Below, one piece after another: positions 9,175 through 20,441 of a stretch of 61,904 nucleotides of DNA; the first letter of the stretch is position 1; every line of letters begins with the position of its first letter. Under the pieces are notes generated by a model. The model searched no databases. It worked only from the letters and a program-made list of their open reading frames with translations, and was not told where the DNA came from. The stretch is from Lachnospiraceae bacterium (GTDB taxonomy: Bacteria; Bacillota; Clostridia; Lachnospirales; Lachnospiraceae), in assembly GCA_017963665.1 (NCBI GenBank), contig JAGCTJ010000148.1:1-61904 (forward strand). The letters run 5' to 3'. Made by a program: the position numbers and the translations under genes.

Positions 9175-10905
9175 TTAAGAGTTGAGCAGCTGCCAGTAAA
9201 AACCTTTCTTTTCGAGAAGAGTTTCGTGACTTCCCTGCTCTATTATATTTCCGTCCTTCATTACAAGTATTAGATCCGCATTCCTGATCGTTGAGAGTCT
9301 GTGGGCAACTATAAAGCTTGTGCGGCCTTTCATAAGAGTTTCAAACGCATCGGTGATCTTTAACTCGGTACGGGTATCGATAGAGGATGTTGCCTCGTCG
9401 AGTATAAGAATCGGAGGAAGGTTGAGCATAAGCCTTGCGATACAAAGAAGCTGCTTCTGACCTGCCGATAAGTTTCCTCCGTCCTGGGAAAGCACCGTGT
9501 CATATCCGTTTTCAAGACGGCTTATGAAGCTGTGAGCATGGGCTTTCTTTGCGGCTTCAACTATCTCCTCCATGGTTGCTTCGGGATGGCCGTAGGCGAT
9601 GTTCTTTGCCACGGTGTCGGATTTAAGCCATGTCTCCTGCAACACCATTCCGATCTGTTGTCTTAAATCCTTTTTCCTTATACTTCCCGAAGGGATACCG
9701 TCATAGAATATCTCGCCTTCGTCGGGTTCAAAGAATCGCATGAGAAGATTTATAAACGTCGTCTTTCCGCAGCCGGTGGGACCGACTATCGCTATATGTG
9801 AGCCTTTGTCAACCTTAAATGAGATATCGTATAAAAGTTTCTTTGACTTATCGTAGGAAAACGCAAGGTCCTTAATCTCGATATTGCCTTCAAGTACGGG
9901 AGCGTTGACTTCCTGTAAGCCTTCTTTTATGTCGATGGTGTTTTCTTTGTCCAGAAATTCAAAAATACGTCCCGCGCATGCAACGGCGTTTTGGAATTCT
10001 GTAACTACGCCCGATATCTCGTTAAAAGGCTTTGTATACTGATTTGCATAGCTTAAAAAGCAGGTAAGGGTGCCAATCGTAAGACGTCCGCCTATTCCGA
10101 GAAGTGCTCCGAATATACCTACACCCGCATAAACAAGTCCGTTTACAAAACGGGTTACGGGGTTTGTGGTGGATGAGTAAAAAAGAGCTTTCAGGTTAAC
10201 CTTGGCGAACTCTTCGTTCATCTCGTTAAATGCTTCCTCTTTTGCCTCTTCCGCCGAGAAAGCCTTGATAAGACGAACAGCGTTTACGGATTCGTTTATA
10301 AAGCCTGTCATCTTACCCTGCAAAGAAGCCTGCTTCTTAAAGTGCTTGTAGGTCTTCTTTGAGATAAATGAAGCCGCAAACAAAGAAAGAGGGGTAAGCA
10401 CCACTACGACAAGAGATATGAAACCGTTAGTCACAAACATGAAGATAAGCGTTCCGATTATCGTAAGAACTCCCGTAAACAGCTGTGAAAAACCGAGAAG
10501 CAATCCGTCGGAAAGTCTTTCCACATCCGATATCGTACGACTTAAAAGATCGCCGTGTCCCATGGCGTCAAGGGTGGTAACCGGCACCGTATGCATCTTC
10601 TTAAGAAGATCGCGTCTTAAATCGTGAACCGTCGAAAAAGTCACCCTGTTGTTAAGTAACGTCATAAGATAGTTTGCGATACCGTTTATAAGTAAAACCA
10701 CCAAAAACCAAGTAAGGATCGTCTTTAAGCCCGCAAAATCCACATTTCCCTTATCGATCATGCAATCGACTCCGCGACCGGTAAGAATGGGAATGGAAAG
10801 TGTCGCAACAACGTTTATCACGGCAAAAATAAGGGATAAGCATATAAGAGGCATCTTCGGCTTTAAGAGTTTTAAAATGCGTCTGTAGATCTCTTTGTTC
10901 TTCAT
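9175..10905 (-). CDS. Heterodimeric ABC exporter, TMD+NBD subunit 2
   Basis: GPTGCGKT, LSAGQKQ, ILDEATS, IVAHRLST. Start trimmed to ATG 10905 (GGAGGA RBS; ATGA overlap with the upstream stop). Confidence 0.92.
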   Translation of the reverse strand: MKNKEIYRRILKLLKPKMPLICLSLIFAVINVVATLSIPILTGRGVDCMIDKGNVDFAGLKTILTWFLVVLLINGIANYLMTLLNNRVTFSTVHDLRRDLLKKMHTVPVTTLDAMGHGDLLSRTISDVERLSDGLLLGFSQLFTGVLTIIGTLIFMFVTNGFISLVVVVLTPLSLFAASFISKKTYKHFKKQASLQGKMTGFINESVNAVRLIKAFSAEEAKEEAFNEMNEEFAKVNLKALFYSSTTNPVTRFVNGLVYAGVGIFGALLGIGGRLTIGTLTCFLSYANQYTKPFNEISGVVTEFQNAVACAGRIFEFLDKENTIDIKEGLQEVNAPVLEGNIEIKDLAFSYDKSKKLLYDISFKVDKGSHIAIVGPTGCGKTTFINLLMRFFEPDEGEIFYDGIPSGSIRKKDLRQQIGMVLQETWLKSDTVAKNIAYGHPEATMEEIVEAAKKAHAHSFISRLENGYDTVLSQDGGNLSAGQKQLLCIARLMLNLPPILILDEATSSIDTRTELKITDAFETLMKGRTSFIVAHRLSTIRNADLILVMKDGNIIEQGSHETLLEKKGFYWQLLNS

Positions 10906-12638
10906 ACCGCAGATTCCTCCTTTTTGCTTTGTGATGCCACGATTTCTTTGTAAACTTCGCAATTTGAAAGGAGTGCGTTGTGCGTTCCGATGCCGACGGC
11001 TTTTCCGTCGTCCAAAACGATTATCATGTCAGCATCTTTTATGGAAATGACTCTCTGGGAGATTATGAACACGGTAAGCTTATCCTTTAAGCTTCTTAAG
11101 TTGGCTCTGAGCCTTGCATCCGTTGCATAGTCAAGGGCACTGGAAGAATCATCCAGAATTAAAACGCTGTTGTCTTCCGCCAGGGCTCTTGCGATGGTAA
11201 GGCGCTGACGCTGTCCCCCCGAAAGATTGGCTCCCGCTTCGGTAAGCACGTAGTCCAACTTATTTTCTTTGTTCTCAACTATCTCTTTTGCCTCGGCAAG
11301 TCGTAACGCCTCCCACAGTTTATCGTCATCGGCACCCGACGCGCCAAGCAAAAGATTCTCCCTTACCGTTCCCGAGAAAAGCTGTGCCTTCTGAGGAACA
11401 TACGAAACGCTCTTTCTCACCGAAGAGAGCGAATAATCTTTGATCGGATTTCCAAAGAGTTTAACCTCGCCTTCAGTCGCATCGTAAAAACGCATCAGAA
11501 GATGCGAAAGCGTCGTTTTACCCGAACCTGTACCGCCGATTATGCCGACAGTCTGACCTTTTGTAACCTTAAACGATACGTCTTCAAGCGATTCTCCCGA
11601 AGCGTCGGGATATGAAAATGAAACGTTGTCAAAAGAAAGCACTTCGCTTGAATCTTTACAGTCCAAAGCATTTAACTTTCCGTCGTCGCTTAAAGTCTCT
11701 CCCACTTCCAGGGTGGCAGAGATTCTTGAAGCGCTGGCAAGTGCTTTATTGATAGTTACAAAAAGGTTGGTGAGTTTTACGAGCTCAATAAGTATCTGTG
11801 ACATGTAGTTGATAAGTGCAACCACAAGACCGCTCGTTAACACTCCCTCAAATACGAAGTTGCCGCCCTGCCAAATGACTACCATAAGGGCAAGGTTTAC
11901 AAGTATAAGTGTCGCCGGATTTAAAACCGCTGAAATACCTGCGGTCACTTTGTTCATTCTAAGAAAATCATCGTTATCCTTCGCGAAATCCGCTTCTTCG
12001 TCATCGGCAGCGTCAAAAGCACGGATGACCCTGGCACCCGAAAGGTTTTCTCTTACATGTAGCGTCAGAGAATCGAGTTTCTTTTGGATATTCTTATATC
12101 TGGGAATGGTTGAAAAAGTGATATAGATCACTATCACAAAAAGTGCCGGAATGATCACCGTAAATATGATCGCTGCCTTCACATTTATCGTAAAAGCCAT
12201 GATCATGGCGCCGAACACGATGAACGGCGAACGAAGCAGCAGTCGAAGCACCATATTTACACCGTTTTGCACAGAATTTATATCATTTGTCATTCTGGTG
12301 ATAAGCGACGACGCTCCCTGTTTGTCGACGTTTTCATGTGAGAACGACATGATCTTTGCAAAAAGATCTTTCCTTACGCCCTTCGAAAAACCTATGGCCG
12401 CTTTTGCCGCAAAAAACTGTGCTATCAAAGAACAGGTAAGGCCTATCAAGCCCAGTGCAACAAGTATCAGACCGTTTTTATATACCACGGTCTTGTTCAT
12501 TTTCTTTATACCGTCATCTATTATGCCCGTCATAACAAGCGGTACAAACAGCTCAAACAGCGCCTCAAGCATCTTAAACGCAGGAGCTATGGCACATTCG
12601 AGTTTGTAGTTTTTTAAATATTTCAATAAGCTTTTCAT
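10902..12638 (-). CDS. Heterodimeric ABC exporter, TMD+NBD subunit 1 (degenerate site)
   Basis: GGTGSGKT, LSGGQRQ, degenerate Walker B (ILDDS) and switch (ISQR), as in TM287/288-type pairs; ATG at 12638. Confidence 0.92.
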   Translation of the reverse strand: MKSLLKYLKNYKLECAIAPAFKMLEALFELFVPLVMTGIIDDGIKKMNKTVVYKNGLILVALGLIGLTCSLIAQFFAAKAAIGFSKGVRKDLFAKIMSFSHENVDKQGASSLITRMTNDINSVQNGVNMVLRLLLRSPFIVFGAMIMAFTINVKAAIIFTVIIPALFVIVIYITFSTIPRYKNIQKKLDSLTLHVRENLSGARVIRAFDAADDEEADFAKDNDDFLRMNKVTAGISAVLNPATLILVNLALMVVIWQGGNFVFEGVLTSGLVVALINYMSQILIELVKLTNLFVTINKALASASRISATLEVGETLSDDGKLNALDCKDSSEVLSFDNVSFSYPDASGESLEDVSFKVTKGQTVGIIGGTGSGKTTLSHLLMRFYDATEGEVKLFGNPIKDYSLSSVRKSVSYVPQKAQLFSGTVRENLLLGASGADDDKLWEALRLAEAKEIVENKENKLDYVLTEAGANLSGGQRQRLTIARALAEDNSVLILDDSSSALDYATDARLRANLRSLKDKLTVFIISQRVISIKDADMIIVLDDGKAVGIGTHNALLSNCEVYKEIVASQSKKEESAV

Positions 12639-12665
12639 AATCAATAATTATACCAAAAAAATAAA

Positions 12666-12692
12666 AAGGCTCAAGATTGACTCTTGAGCCTT
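12666..12692 (-). terminator. Intrinsic terminator after the Na/Pi cotransporter
   Basis: AAGGCTCAAGA/TCTTGAGCCTT inverted repeat followed by a T-rich tract on minus. Confidence 0.85.
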
Positions 12693-12701
12693 AAAACATT
12701 A

Positions 12702-14339
12702 TCAAACTTTTTCGTCGGGAGCGATCATGGAGTAGGCGATGTTGACGGAGTGGTCCGCTACTCTTTCGAGACCCGATACGATGTCGGAGAAGATCATGCC
12801 TGCTTCGGGTGTACATTCATTCTTGGTAAGACGTGCGACGTGATTGGCCTGATACTGCCTTTCAAGATCGTCTACCTGATCTTCGAGTTTGTTTATCGTA
12901 TCAAGATTTTCTTCTTTTCCGTTTGTAAATACCTCTACGGAAAGTCTGAACATCTCATTTACTTTGTCAAGCATGATACCAAGCTCTTTTTGTGCGTCCT
13001 TCGAGATTGAAACGCCGGATTCGATACGCTGCTTTGCGGCGTCGGCCACATTCTCGGCGTGGTCGCCGATACGCTCGATATCGTTTACAACGTGGAACAG
13101 TCCGCCGATGGACTTCAAGTCTTCGATGGGAAGCGTGGTCTGGTTTATCTTAACCAGATAGTCGGTGATGGCGTGATTTAGGAAGTTAATGTTGTCTTCC
13201 ACTTTGTAGACTTCTTCGATATCCTCTTCGTCAAGTGTTATGAGTGCGTTCATGGCACGGTTAAGGTTTTCACCCGCAAGCGATGCCATACGGTCAACTT
13301 CCTTTATAACTTCGACAACTGCGGTCGCGGGATTGAAGACAACCTTCTGACCGATGTATTTAAGCTGGTAAGACTCCCTGTAGCCGATCTTCTTGTCTTC
13401 GCCGGGTATAAAGAACTCGGTAAGCTTTACGATAGGTCCTATGAAGGGTGTCATTATGATAACCTGAATGATCTTGATGAACAGATGCGAGAAAGCAACA
13501 ACACGACCTGCGTCGTTTCCTGCAATCTTCGACATGATCGATACGAACAGTTCCACATCGAATGCGAAGAACGCATACATAAAGATCGTACCTATTACGT
13601 TAAAGAGTACGTGGATGAGTGCGGCACGCTTTGCGTCCTTTTTACCTGAAAGGGAAGCAAGAACCGCAGAAGTACATGCACCGATGTTACATCCGAGAGT
13701 TATATACATACACATCTCAAGGCTCATAAGACCCTGATTTGCAAGTAAGACCATAATTGAAACGGTAACTGAAGAACTTTGGATAATGGCTGTGAGAACG
13801 AGTCCGAGAAGTACGCCCAATAAAGGGGAAGATAATGAAGCGAACATATCAAGAACTTCGGGAGAATCTTTCATGTTGCCCATGGCGCCCGACATGGAGC
13901 TTAATCCCATAAACAAGATACCAAATCCGGTAATGATGCTTGCGATCTTTTTGATGATCGTATTTTTACAGAACATTACGGTTGCTACACCGACAAGCAA
14001 AATGATGGGAGCGATCTTTTCGAGTTTAAACGAAACCAGCAATGCGGTAACGGTAGTACCGATGTTGGAACCGAATATAACGCCGGCTGCCTGGGTAAGA
14101 TTCATAAGTCCGGAGTTAACGAAGCTGACTACCATTACGGTACAGGCCGATGAAGACTGAATCGCAGCAGTAAATATGAAGCCGACAAAAATACCCATGA
14201 ATCGGTTTGTAGTAAGCTTTTCAAGTATAGCTCTTAACTTTGCACCCGCAAAAGCCTCTATACTGTCGCTCATTTCTCTTATACCGAAAAGAAAGAGCCC
14301 AAGTCCGCCGCAAAGGGACATTATCACTCCGAATGACAT
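12702..14339 (-). CDS. Na+/Pi cotransporter family protein with PhoU-like C-terminus
   Basis: Two QSSS and G(S/C)NIG repeats, DIERIGDH, LERVADH; ATG 14339 after GGAGG. Confidence 0.93.
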   Translation of the reverse strand: MSFGVIMSLCGGLGLFLFGIREMSDSIEAFAGAKLRAILEKLTTNRFMGIFVGFIFTAAIQSSSACTVMVVSFVNSGLMNLTQAAGVIFGSNIGTTVTALLVSFKLEKIAPIILLVGVATVMFCKNTIIKKIASIITGFGILFMGLSSMSGAMGNMKDSPEVLDMFASLSSPLLGVLLGLVLTAIIQSSSVTVSIMVLLANQGLMSLEMCMYITLGCNIGACTSAVLASLSGKKDAKRAALIHVLFNVIGTIFMYAFFAFDVELFVSIMSKIAGNDAGRVVAFSHLFIKIIQVIIMTPFIGPIVKLTEFFIPGEDKKIGYRESYQLKYIGQKVVFNPATAVVEVIKEVDRMASLAGENLNRAMNALITLDEEDIEEVYKVEDNINFLNHAITDYLVKINQTTLPIEDLKSIGGLFHVVNDIERIGDHAENVADAAKQRIESGVSISKDAQKELGIMLDKVNEMFRLSVEVFTNGKEENLDTINKLEDQVDDLERQYQANHVARLTKNECTPEAGMIFSDIVSGLERVADHSVNIAYSMIAPDEKV

Positions 14340-14477
14340 TGAAAAAACCTCCAAAATGATATCAATGCTTACTCATTTCCCTAACATTCCAACATTAATT
14401 CTATAAAAAAAACACGCTCCTAACAAGAGCGCATTTTACAAATTTATATCAATTAACCGACAGTGTTGTATGAAATA

Positions 14478-15035
14478 TTACAAATAGGTTTTCATAACGC
14501 CGAGCATTGACTTCGCATCCTCTTCTTTTCCCGCTTTCAAAGCTTCCCTTATACGGGTCGAAGAGATGTCTTCATTTTGATATTTTTCTTTTTCCACCAC
14601 ATGAACTTCAATATCAAGTTCTTTGGACAATGCCTTTAACGTATCAACATTTCCCATTCCCTTATAGCCGAAAGAAAGATCCTTTCCGCAATATACCGCC
14701 TTAACATGGAGTTTGTCTTTTAATATCTTTCGCACGAAGTCTTCCGGTGAAATGCCGGCCGATTCCTTGGTAAGATAATATTCTGCCAGATAATCGACTC
14801 CGAGCGATTCAAATATGCTTCTTCTCTTCTCCTCCGAATAAATGTAGCCGTCCTTGTTAAAAGACAACGGAGAGTCGATCGAAAATGTGAAGACAACGCT
14901 CTTAAGGGAGTCGTTTGAAGAAACCATCTCACTTATGAGCTTTCTGTGGCCCAAATGAATGCCGTCGAACTTTCCGATGGCAACCTTTGTCGATACGTCT
15001 TTATTCAGTTCTTTTGTTGCATCGCATATGATCAT
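14478..15035 (-). CDS. FMN adenylyltransferase (RibF N-terminal domain only; no riboflavin kinase domain)
   Basis: GKFDGIHLGH and ISSTRIR present. Ends at 185 aa with no PTAN kinase motif; sits at the ribF position after truB. Confidence 0.85.
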   Translation of the reverse strand: MIICDATKELNKDVSTKVAIGKFDGIHLGHRKLISEMVSSNDSLKSVVFTFSIDSPLSFNKDGYIYSEEKRRSIFESLGVDYLAEYYLTKESAGISPEDFVRKILKDKLHVKAVYCGKDLSFGYKGMGNVDTLKALSKELDIEVHVVEKEKYQNEDISSTRIREALKAGKEEDAKSMLGVMKTYL

Positions 15036-15036
15036 A

Positions 15037-15942
15037 TCAATTGCTTTCCAAAAACATCTTTTCGGGTTTTAGGGCATTTTCGCCGTTTACCCTTTCATAA
15101 ATACCCATAAATGTGCCTTCGTCGTTGTATACTCTTACCCTCTTCATTGCAGGGAAAGGTACGCCTGAAGTTATCATCTTCGGATATAATTTGTTTCCGT
15201 TATCTATTACTTTTCTGTACTCGCTTCTGACCGTAAGAGCGGGAATATCTTTGAACACAAAGTCCGTTTTAATAACGCAGTCCGATAGTTTTCCTTCGTT
15301 TTTTAGCTTTGTAAGCTCATCGAGTGTTCTGGCGGTGGTAAGATCGAACATGCCTGTGGCGGTCCTTTCAAGATCCGTCATAACCGCAAGCTCATTACAC
15401 TTGGCAGCAATGTCGACGCACAGGCTTCTTATGTAAGTGCCTTTTCCGCAGAGCACTTTCATCTTCACTACAGGGAGGGATATATCGAGTATCTCTATCT
15501 CGTAAATGTCAACAAAGACAGGTTTTCTTTGTACCTCTATGCCCTGCCTTGCAAGCTCGTAAAGTCTTTTCCCGTCGACCCATTTTGCAGAATACATGGG
15601 CGGGAGCTGTTCATAGCCTCCCACAAAAGATTTAGCGGCTTCTTTTATGTCTTCGGGTGTTGACTTTACTTCTCGCTCCTCAAGCACGGTTCCCGAGTCG
15701 TCCAAAGTGTCCGTACTTTTTCCGAGCATAAAGGTAGCGACATACTCTTTCTTCTTATCGTTAAGCATGTCGCATAGTTTTGTAGCGTTCCCCAGGCAGA
15801 TGGGAAGAACTCCCCTCGCGCTTGGGTCAAGCGTACCCGTATGACCTATTTTTCTCTGACCGGTAATTCCGCGCATGACTGCGACCACATCAAAAGATGT
15901 GAATCCCGGTTCTTTATATACGTTGATCAGTCCGTTCAGCAT
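15037..15942 (-). CDS. truB: tRNA pseudouridine(55) synthase
   Basis: GHTGTLDP, PPMYSA, GTYIRSL. Confidence 0.96.
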   Translation of the reverse strand: MLNGLINVYKEPGFTSFDVVAVMRGITGQRKIGHTGTLDPSARGVLPICLGNATKLCDMLNDKKKEYVATFMLGKSTDTLDDSGTVLEEREVKSTPEDIKEAAKSFVGGYEQLPPMYSAKWVDGKRLYELARQGIEVQRKPVFVDIYEIEILDISLPVVKMKVLCGKGTYIRSLCVDIAAKCNELAVMTDLERTATGMFDLTTARTLDELTKLKNEGKLSDCVIKTDFVFKDIPALTVRSEYRKVIDNGNKLYPKMITSGVPFPAMKRVRVYNDEGTFMGIYERVNGENALKPEKMFLESN

Positions 15943-16888
15943 ACTGTTTTTCTATTCTTGCCGTAAGATTGTTAACAACATCATAGAAGTTTCCTTCCAT
16001 GACAACCCCTGCGGCTTTCTTGTGTCCGCCGCCGCCGAAATACGCGCAGACCTCCGATACATCGATGCGGTCTGTGGAACGAAGGCTCACTTTGTATTTG
16101 TGATCGGGCAGTTCATGCATGAATATTGCAACGTCCACACCCTTTATCTGCTTAAGCGCGTTTACTATCCCGTCGTAATCGAAAGGATGGGAATTGTAAA
16201 ACTTCGCCATCTTCTGGTCAATATGACCTACGCTTACCTTTCCGTCCATTACAAGAATGCTCTCGGAGAGAACACGTCCCAGTATCTGGCTTTGAAGATA
16301 AGTCTTTTCATAAAAGGTCTCGGCTATTATCGTTGAAAAATCAAATCCGTAACCGATGAGTTTTGCGGCATAGTTAAGAGTCTTCGGTGATACGTTTGAA
16401 TACTGGAAAACTCCCGTATCGTGGACCATGCCGATATAGACCGCCTTGGCGATCTCTGTGTCCATAAGCTTTTCATCGAAGCATTCATATACAAGTTCAG
16501 CGGCGCTGGAAGCGGTGGGAACTATGAAGTTTACATCGCTGTCCGTACCCGGATTTGTAATGTGATGATCGATGTTTATTCTCTTTTTTGCCTTGTCGTA
16601 CAAAGCTTCTGCGTCACCTGAGCGGTCTTTTACCGTATCGATCATGATGAACGCATCAAATACGATATCCTTTCCCGCTTTCGGATCTTCGACTTTGTCG
16701 ATGTCCTTTATACATTCAAAAACCGGGGGAGGACTTTCAAGATATATGTGCGCATCAATTTCAGGCATGTTCTTTCTGATGTAGAGATATACCGCCATGG
16801 TACTTCCCACACAGTCGCCGTCGGGTCGAATGTGACCGCTTATGCCTACGCTTTTGATATCTTTAAGTTCTTTTACAAGATCAATCAT
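15914..16888 (-). CDS. nrnA: DHH/DHHA1 oligoribonuclease/PAP phosphatase
   Basis: HIRPDGD, IDHH, DTG, SLRS, GGGHKKAAG. Confidence 0.9.
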   Translation of the reverse strand: MIDLVKELKDIKSVGISGHIRPDGDCVGSTMAVYLYIRKNMPEIDAHIYLESPPPVFECIKDIDKVEDPKAGKDIVFDAFIMIDTVKDRSGDAEALYDKAKKRINIDHHITNPGTDSDVNFIVPTASSAAELVYECFDEKLMDTEIAKAVYIGMVHDTGVFQYSNVSPKTLNYAAKLIGYGFDFSTIIAETFYEKTYLQSQILGRVLSESILVMDGKVSVGHIDQKMAKFYNSHPFDYDGIVNALKQIKGVDVAIFMHELPDHKYKVSLRSTDRIDVSEVCAYFGGGGHKKAAGVVMEGNFYDVVNNLTARIEKQYAERTDQRI

Positions 16889-17243
16889 TTGATTTGTTTA
16901 CATCCTCAATCAACTTGGTCATGTTTACGCCGTACTCAATGGACTGGTCCATAATAAATGTGATGGCCGGAGTGTTGCGAAGATTGATCCTCTTTGCGAG
17001 CTGGCTCCTTATGAAACCTTCCGCACTCTTAAGTCCCTGGTATGTGGACTTAACCGCTTCGGCGTCACCCAGTACGCTTATGTATGCCTTGCATGTCTTT
17101 AAGTCGGGAGCGACTTCAACCGCAACGACACTGGTAAACTGACTGATACGCGGATCCTTTATCTCATCGCCGCGAAGAAGGTTTGCCAGTTCCCTGTAAA
17201 CCTCTTCGTTTATGCGAATATTTTTAATACTGTTCTTTCTCAC
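16881..17243 (-). CDS. rbfA: 30S ribosome-binding factor
   Basis: IKDPRI, LRNTP, DQSIEYG; directly after infB. Confidence 0.95.
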   Translation of the reverse strand: MRKNSIKNIRINEEVYRELANLLRGDEIKDPRISQFTSVVAVEVAPDLKTCKAYISVLGDAEAVKSTYQGLKSAEGFIRSQLAKRINLRNTPAITFIMDQSIEYGVNMTKLIEDVNKSND

Positions 17244-20110
17244 GTTCTGGGAACCTCCACCATAACGTACGCTTCAACTATATCGAGTTCTTCAAAAGCA
17301 TCGAAGCCTTCGAATACGAGACCGCATTCGAAACCTGCTTTAACTTCCTTAACATCGTCTTTGAATCTCTTAAGTGACTTAAGTTCGCCCTCGAAGATCT
17401 GCTCACCCGCACGTGAAATACGAACTTTGCAGTTACGCTCGAACTGTCCGTCAAGCACATAAGAACCTGCGATGTTTCCGATGGCGGATGCCTTGAATAT
17501 CTGTCTGATCTCGGCATGTCCGATAACTTTTTCTTCGTACACCGGTGCAAGCATACCCTTCATGGCTGCTTCAACATCCTCGATGATCTGATAGATGACT
17601 TTGTAAAGTTTGATCTCGACACCTTCGTGATCTGCGGTCTGCTTTGCGATTGCATCGGCGCGAACATTAAATCCAATGATGATGGCATTTGATGCACTGG
17701 CAAGAGTAACATCGGATTCGTTGATGGCACCTACGCCGCCGTGGATACACTTAACCACAACTTCGTCGTTGGAAAGCTTGGAAAGTGACTGCTTGATAGC
17801 TTCAACACTACCCTGCACGTCTGCTTTGACAATGAGGTTGAGTTCCTTCAAATTGCCTTCCTGGATCTTTGAGAAAAGATCGTCGAGACTCATCTTAGCC
17901 TTGATCTCTTCAAGTTTCTTCTCCTTGTTCTGAGAAATGAAGGTCTCAGCAAAGCTCTTGGCCGTCTTGTCGTCCTTGTGTGCTATAAATACTTCGCCGG
18001 CGTTGGGAACGTCATTAAGACCGAGAATCTCAACGGGGGTCGAAGGACCTGCCGTCTTAACGTTCTTACCCTTATCGTTGATCATCGCACGAACTTTACC
18101 GTGTGATGCGCCTGCCGAAATAAAGTCACCGACTTTAAGAGTACCCTTCTGTACCAGTACAGTGGCAACGGGACCGCGTCCTTTATCAAGCTCAGCCTCG
18201 ATGACAAGACCTCTTGCTTTACGCTTGGGATTGGCTTTAAGTTCCAAAATGTCTGCGGTAAGAAGAATGGTCTCCAAAAGATCGTCGATACCGGTACCCT
18301 TCTTAGCGGAAATGTTTACAAACTCGGTAGATCCGCCCCAATCGGTGGGAATGAGTTCGTATTCGGTAAGTTCCTGCTTAACCTTTTCGGGATTTGCTTC
18401 GGGTTTATCGATCTTGTTTACCGCAACGATAACCTCAACACCTGCAGCCTTTGCATGGTTGATCGCTTCAACCGTCTGGGGCATAACACCGTCGTCTGCG
18501 GCTACAACGAGTACCGCGATATCGGTGGAGTTTGCACCACGCATACGCATGGCGGTAAATGCCTCGTGACCGGGTGTATCAAGGAATGTAATGTCTCTGT
18601 CTTTAATATGTACGGTGTAAGCACCGATAGCCTGGGTAATACCGCCGGCCTCGCGATCGGTTACGTTTGTCTTTCTGATGGCGTCAAGAAGTGAAGTCTT
18701 ACCGTGATCGACGTGACCCATTACGCAGACAACCGGAGGTCTGGTGGTCATGTTCTCTTCGGATTCTTCGTCCTCTTTAAGGAGTTCTTCGATAACATCG
18801 ACTTTAACCGCATGCTCGCAGATGATCTCGTAGTCAATCGCAATGTTTTCGGCCTCTTCGAATGTGATCTCGGAGTTTACGTTCACGATCTGACCCTGAA
18901 GGAAAAGTTTCTTAACGATCTGAGCGGGCTGTATCTTCATCTTCTCGCCCAGTTCCTTGATGGTTACGGTGTCGTCAAGAGTGATGGTCTTGATAACTTC
19001 CTCTTCCGGTTCGGGTTTCTTCTCGGGCTTGATGAACTTACCGGTACGACGTTTCATTGCTAGTGTCTCTTCATCGTCCTCGGTAAGGAATACTCTGTTC
19101 TTGTTACGGCTGTCTTTCTCCTGAAGACGTCTCTTGTCGGACTGCTTCTTCTCACCGTCTTTATTGTCATAGTTCTTGTTCTTGTATTTGTCGTCTCTTC
19201 TGCTGTCGAAACCGCCTTTTGAACCGGGCTGTGAAGGTGCTGCGCCGGGTCCTGCAAAGGAAATTCTCGAGCCGCCGCCCTGTCCGGGTCTTGCGCCGCC
19301 CTGCATGGGTCTCTGACCTCCCTGTGCGGGACGCTGTCCGCCCTGCATTGGTCTTCCCTGAGCGCCACCCTGTCTTCTGTCAGCGGGACGTGCTGCGCCG
19401 TCTCTTCTTGCGCCTTCGGGTCTTTCGGTTCTCTCGGGACGCTTTGTACGGATATCGGATAAGAACTCTCTCTTGGGAGCTGCGGGTCTTGCTTCTGTGG
19501 GTGCAGCGTTCTCAACGGGAGTCTTTGCAACTTCCTGTACGGGTTCCGCGGGAACGGAGTTGGCATGGGCTCTGTTTATGGCGTCGGGACGAACCTTGAT
19601 AAGTCTGGGAGCTGCGTAATCGCTTCCGGATATGGTACGGTCACTCGGTCTCGGACGCTGTCCGCCCTGAGAAGGTGCCTGAGGACGAGCCTGACCCTGA
19701 GGTCTTGCACCGCCCTGCATGGGTCTTTGGCCACCCTGTGCGGGTCTTTGACCCGGCATGTTTGAATTGTGAGGGTTGCTCACCATTATGATCTTCTTTT
19801 TCTTGGGCGCTTCGGGCGAAGCAGGTTTGCCTTCGGGTTTTGCTGCAGGCTTGGCAGCTGCTTCTTTGGCGGGTGCTTCCTTAACGGCCTCTTCCTTTGC
19901 GGGTGCAGCCTTAGCGGGTGCCTCTTTTTTAGGTTCAGCCTTGGGAGCGGATGCCTTTCCGAATTTGCCCTTTACCAAAGCGATCGCATCATCTTCAACA
20001 GAGGACTGCGCCGCCTTGACTTCAATTCCTTTTTCATTTAAAAAGGCAATTATGTCCTTGGATTGAATATCCAATTCTTTTGCTAACTCATGTACTTTCA
20101 TTTTTGCCAT
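17240..20110 (-). CDS. infB: Translation initiation factor IF-2
   Basis: [33 protein letters not shown]; Q/G/R/P-rich N-terminal linker. Confidence 0.98.
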   Translation of the reverse strand: MAKMKVHELAKELDIQSKDIIAFLNEKGIEVKAAQSSVEDDAIALVKGKFGKASAPKAEPKKEAPAKAAPAKEEAVKEAPAKEAAAKPAAKPEGKPASPEAPKKKKIIMVSNPHNSNMPGQRPAQGGQRPMQGGARPQGQARPQAPSQGGQRPRPSDRTISGSDYAAPRLIKVRPDAINRAHANSVPAEPVQEVAKTPVENAAPTEARPAAPKREFLSDIRTKRPERTERPEGARRDGAARPADRRQGGAQGRPMQGGQRPAQGGQRPMQGGARPGQGGGSRISFAGPGAAPSQPGSKGGFDSRRDDKYKNKNYDNKDGEKKQSDKRRLQEKDSRNKNRVFLTEDDEETLAMKRRTGKFIKPEKKPEPEEEVIKTITLDDTVTIKELGEKMKIQPAQIVKKLFLQGQIVNVNSEITFEEAENIAIDYEIICEHAVKVDVIEELLKEDEESEENMTTRPPVVCVMGHVDHGKTSLLDAIRKTNVTDREAGGITQAIGAYTVHIKDRDITFLDTPGHEAFTAMRMRGANSTDIAVLVVAADDGVMPQTVEAINHAKAAGVEVIVAVNKIDKPEANPEKVKQELTEYELIPTDWGGSTEFVNISAKKGTGIDDLLETILLTADILELKANPKRKARGLVIEAELDKGRGPVATVLVQKGTLKVGDFISAGASHGKVRAMINDKGKNVKTAGPSTPVEILGLNDVPNAGEVFIAHKDDKTAKSFAETFISQNKEKKLEEIKAKMSLDDLFSKIQEGNLKELNLIVKADVQGSVEAIKQSLSKLSNDEVVVKCIHGGVGAINESDVTLASASNAIIIGFNVRADAIAKQTADHEGVEIKLYKVIYQIIEDVEAAMKGMLAPVYEEKVIGHAEIRQIFKASAIGNIAGSYVLDGQFERNCKVRISRAGEQIFEGELKSLKRFKDDVKEVKAGFECGLVFEGFDAFEELDIVEAYVMVEVPRT

Positions 20111-20117
20111 TTATCGA

Positions 20118-20441
20118 TCAGTCCTCCAAATTATCCTTTGACACGTTGTACAGTTTAAGTATGGAATTTGCGAATCCTTCGTCGCATACGGCGAGCATCG
20201 CTCTTATCTCTTTTCCGATGGCTCTTGCAAGCTCATCCTTAAGTCCGTATTCGATGATGGGGGTCTCGTAAAACGTACACATGTCGTTAAATTTCTTTTT
20301 GGTATTGTCGGATGCGTCCTTGGCGACTATCACCAGAAACGCTTCCCCGCTCTTTACGGAAGCCTCCGTTTGAAATTCTCCGCTTTTGAGCTTTCCTGCC
20401 TTCGTACAAAGACCTAACATAGACAGTAATTTATTGTTCAA
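20118..20441 (-). CDS. ylxQ: L7Ae family RNA-binding protein YlxQ
   Basis: LGLCTKAGKLKSGE, VAKDAS, LARAIGK; synteny. Confidence 0.92.
   Translation of the reverse strand: MNNKLLSMLGLCTKAGKLKSGEFQTEASVKSGEAFLVIVAKDASDNTKKKFNDMCTFYETPIIEYGLKDELARAIGKEIRAMLAVCDEGFANSILKLYNVSKDNLED

Noticed and set aside
19290-19755. Duplicated ~45-bp segments ([16 protein letters not shown]) in infB
   Set aside because: In-frame low-complexity repeats in the variable IF-2 N-terminal linker; not an array or mobile element.
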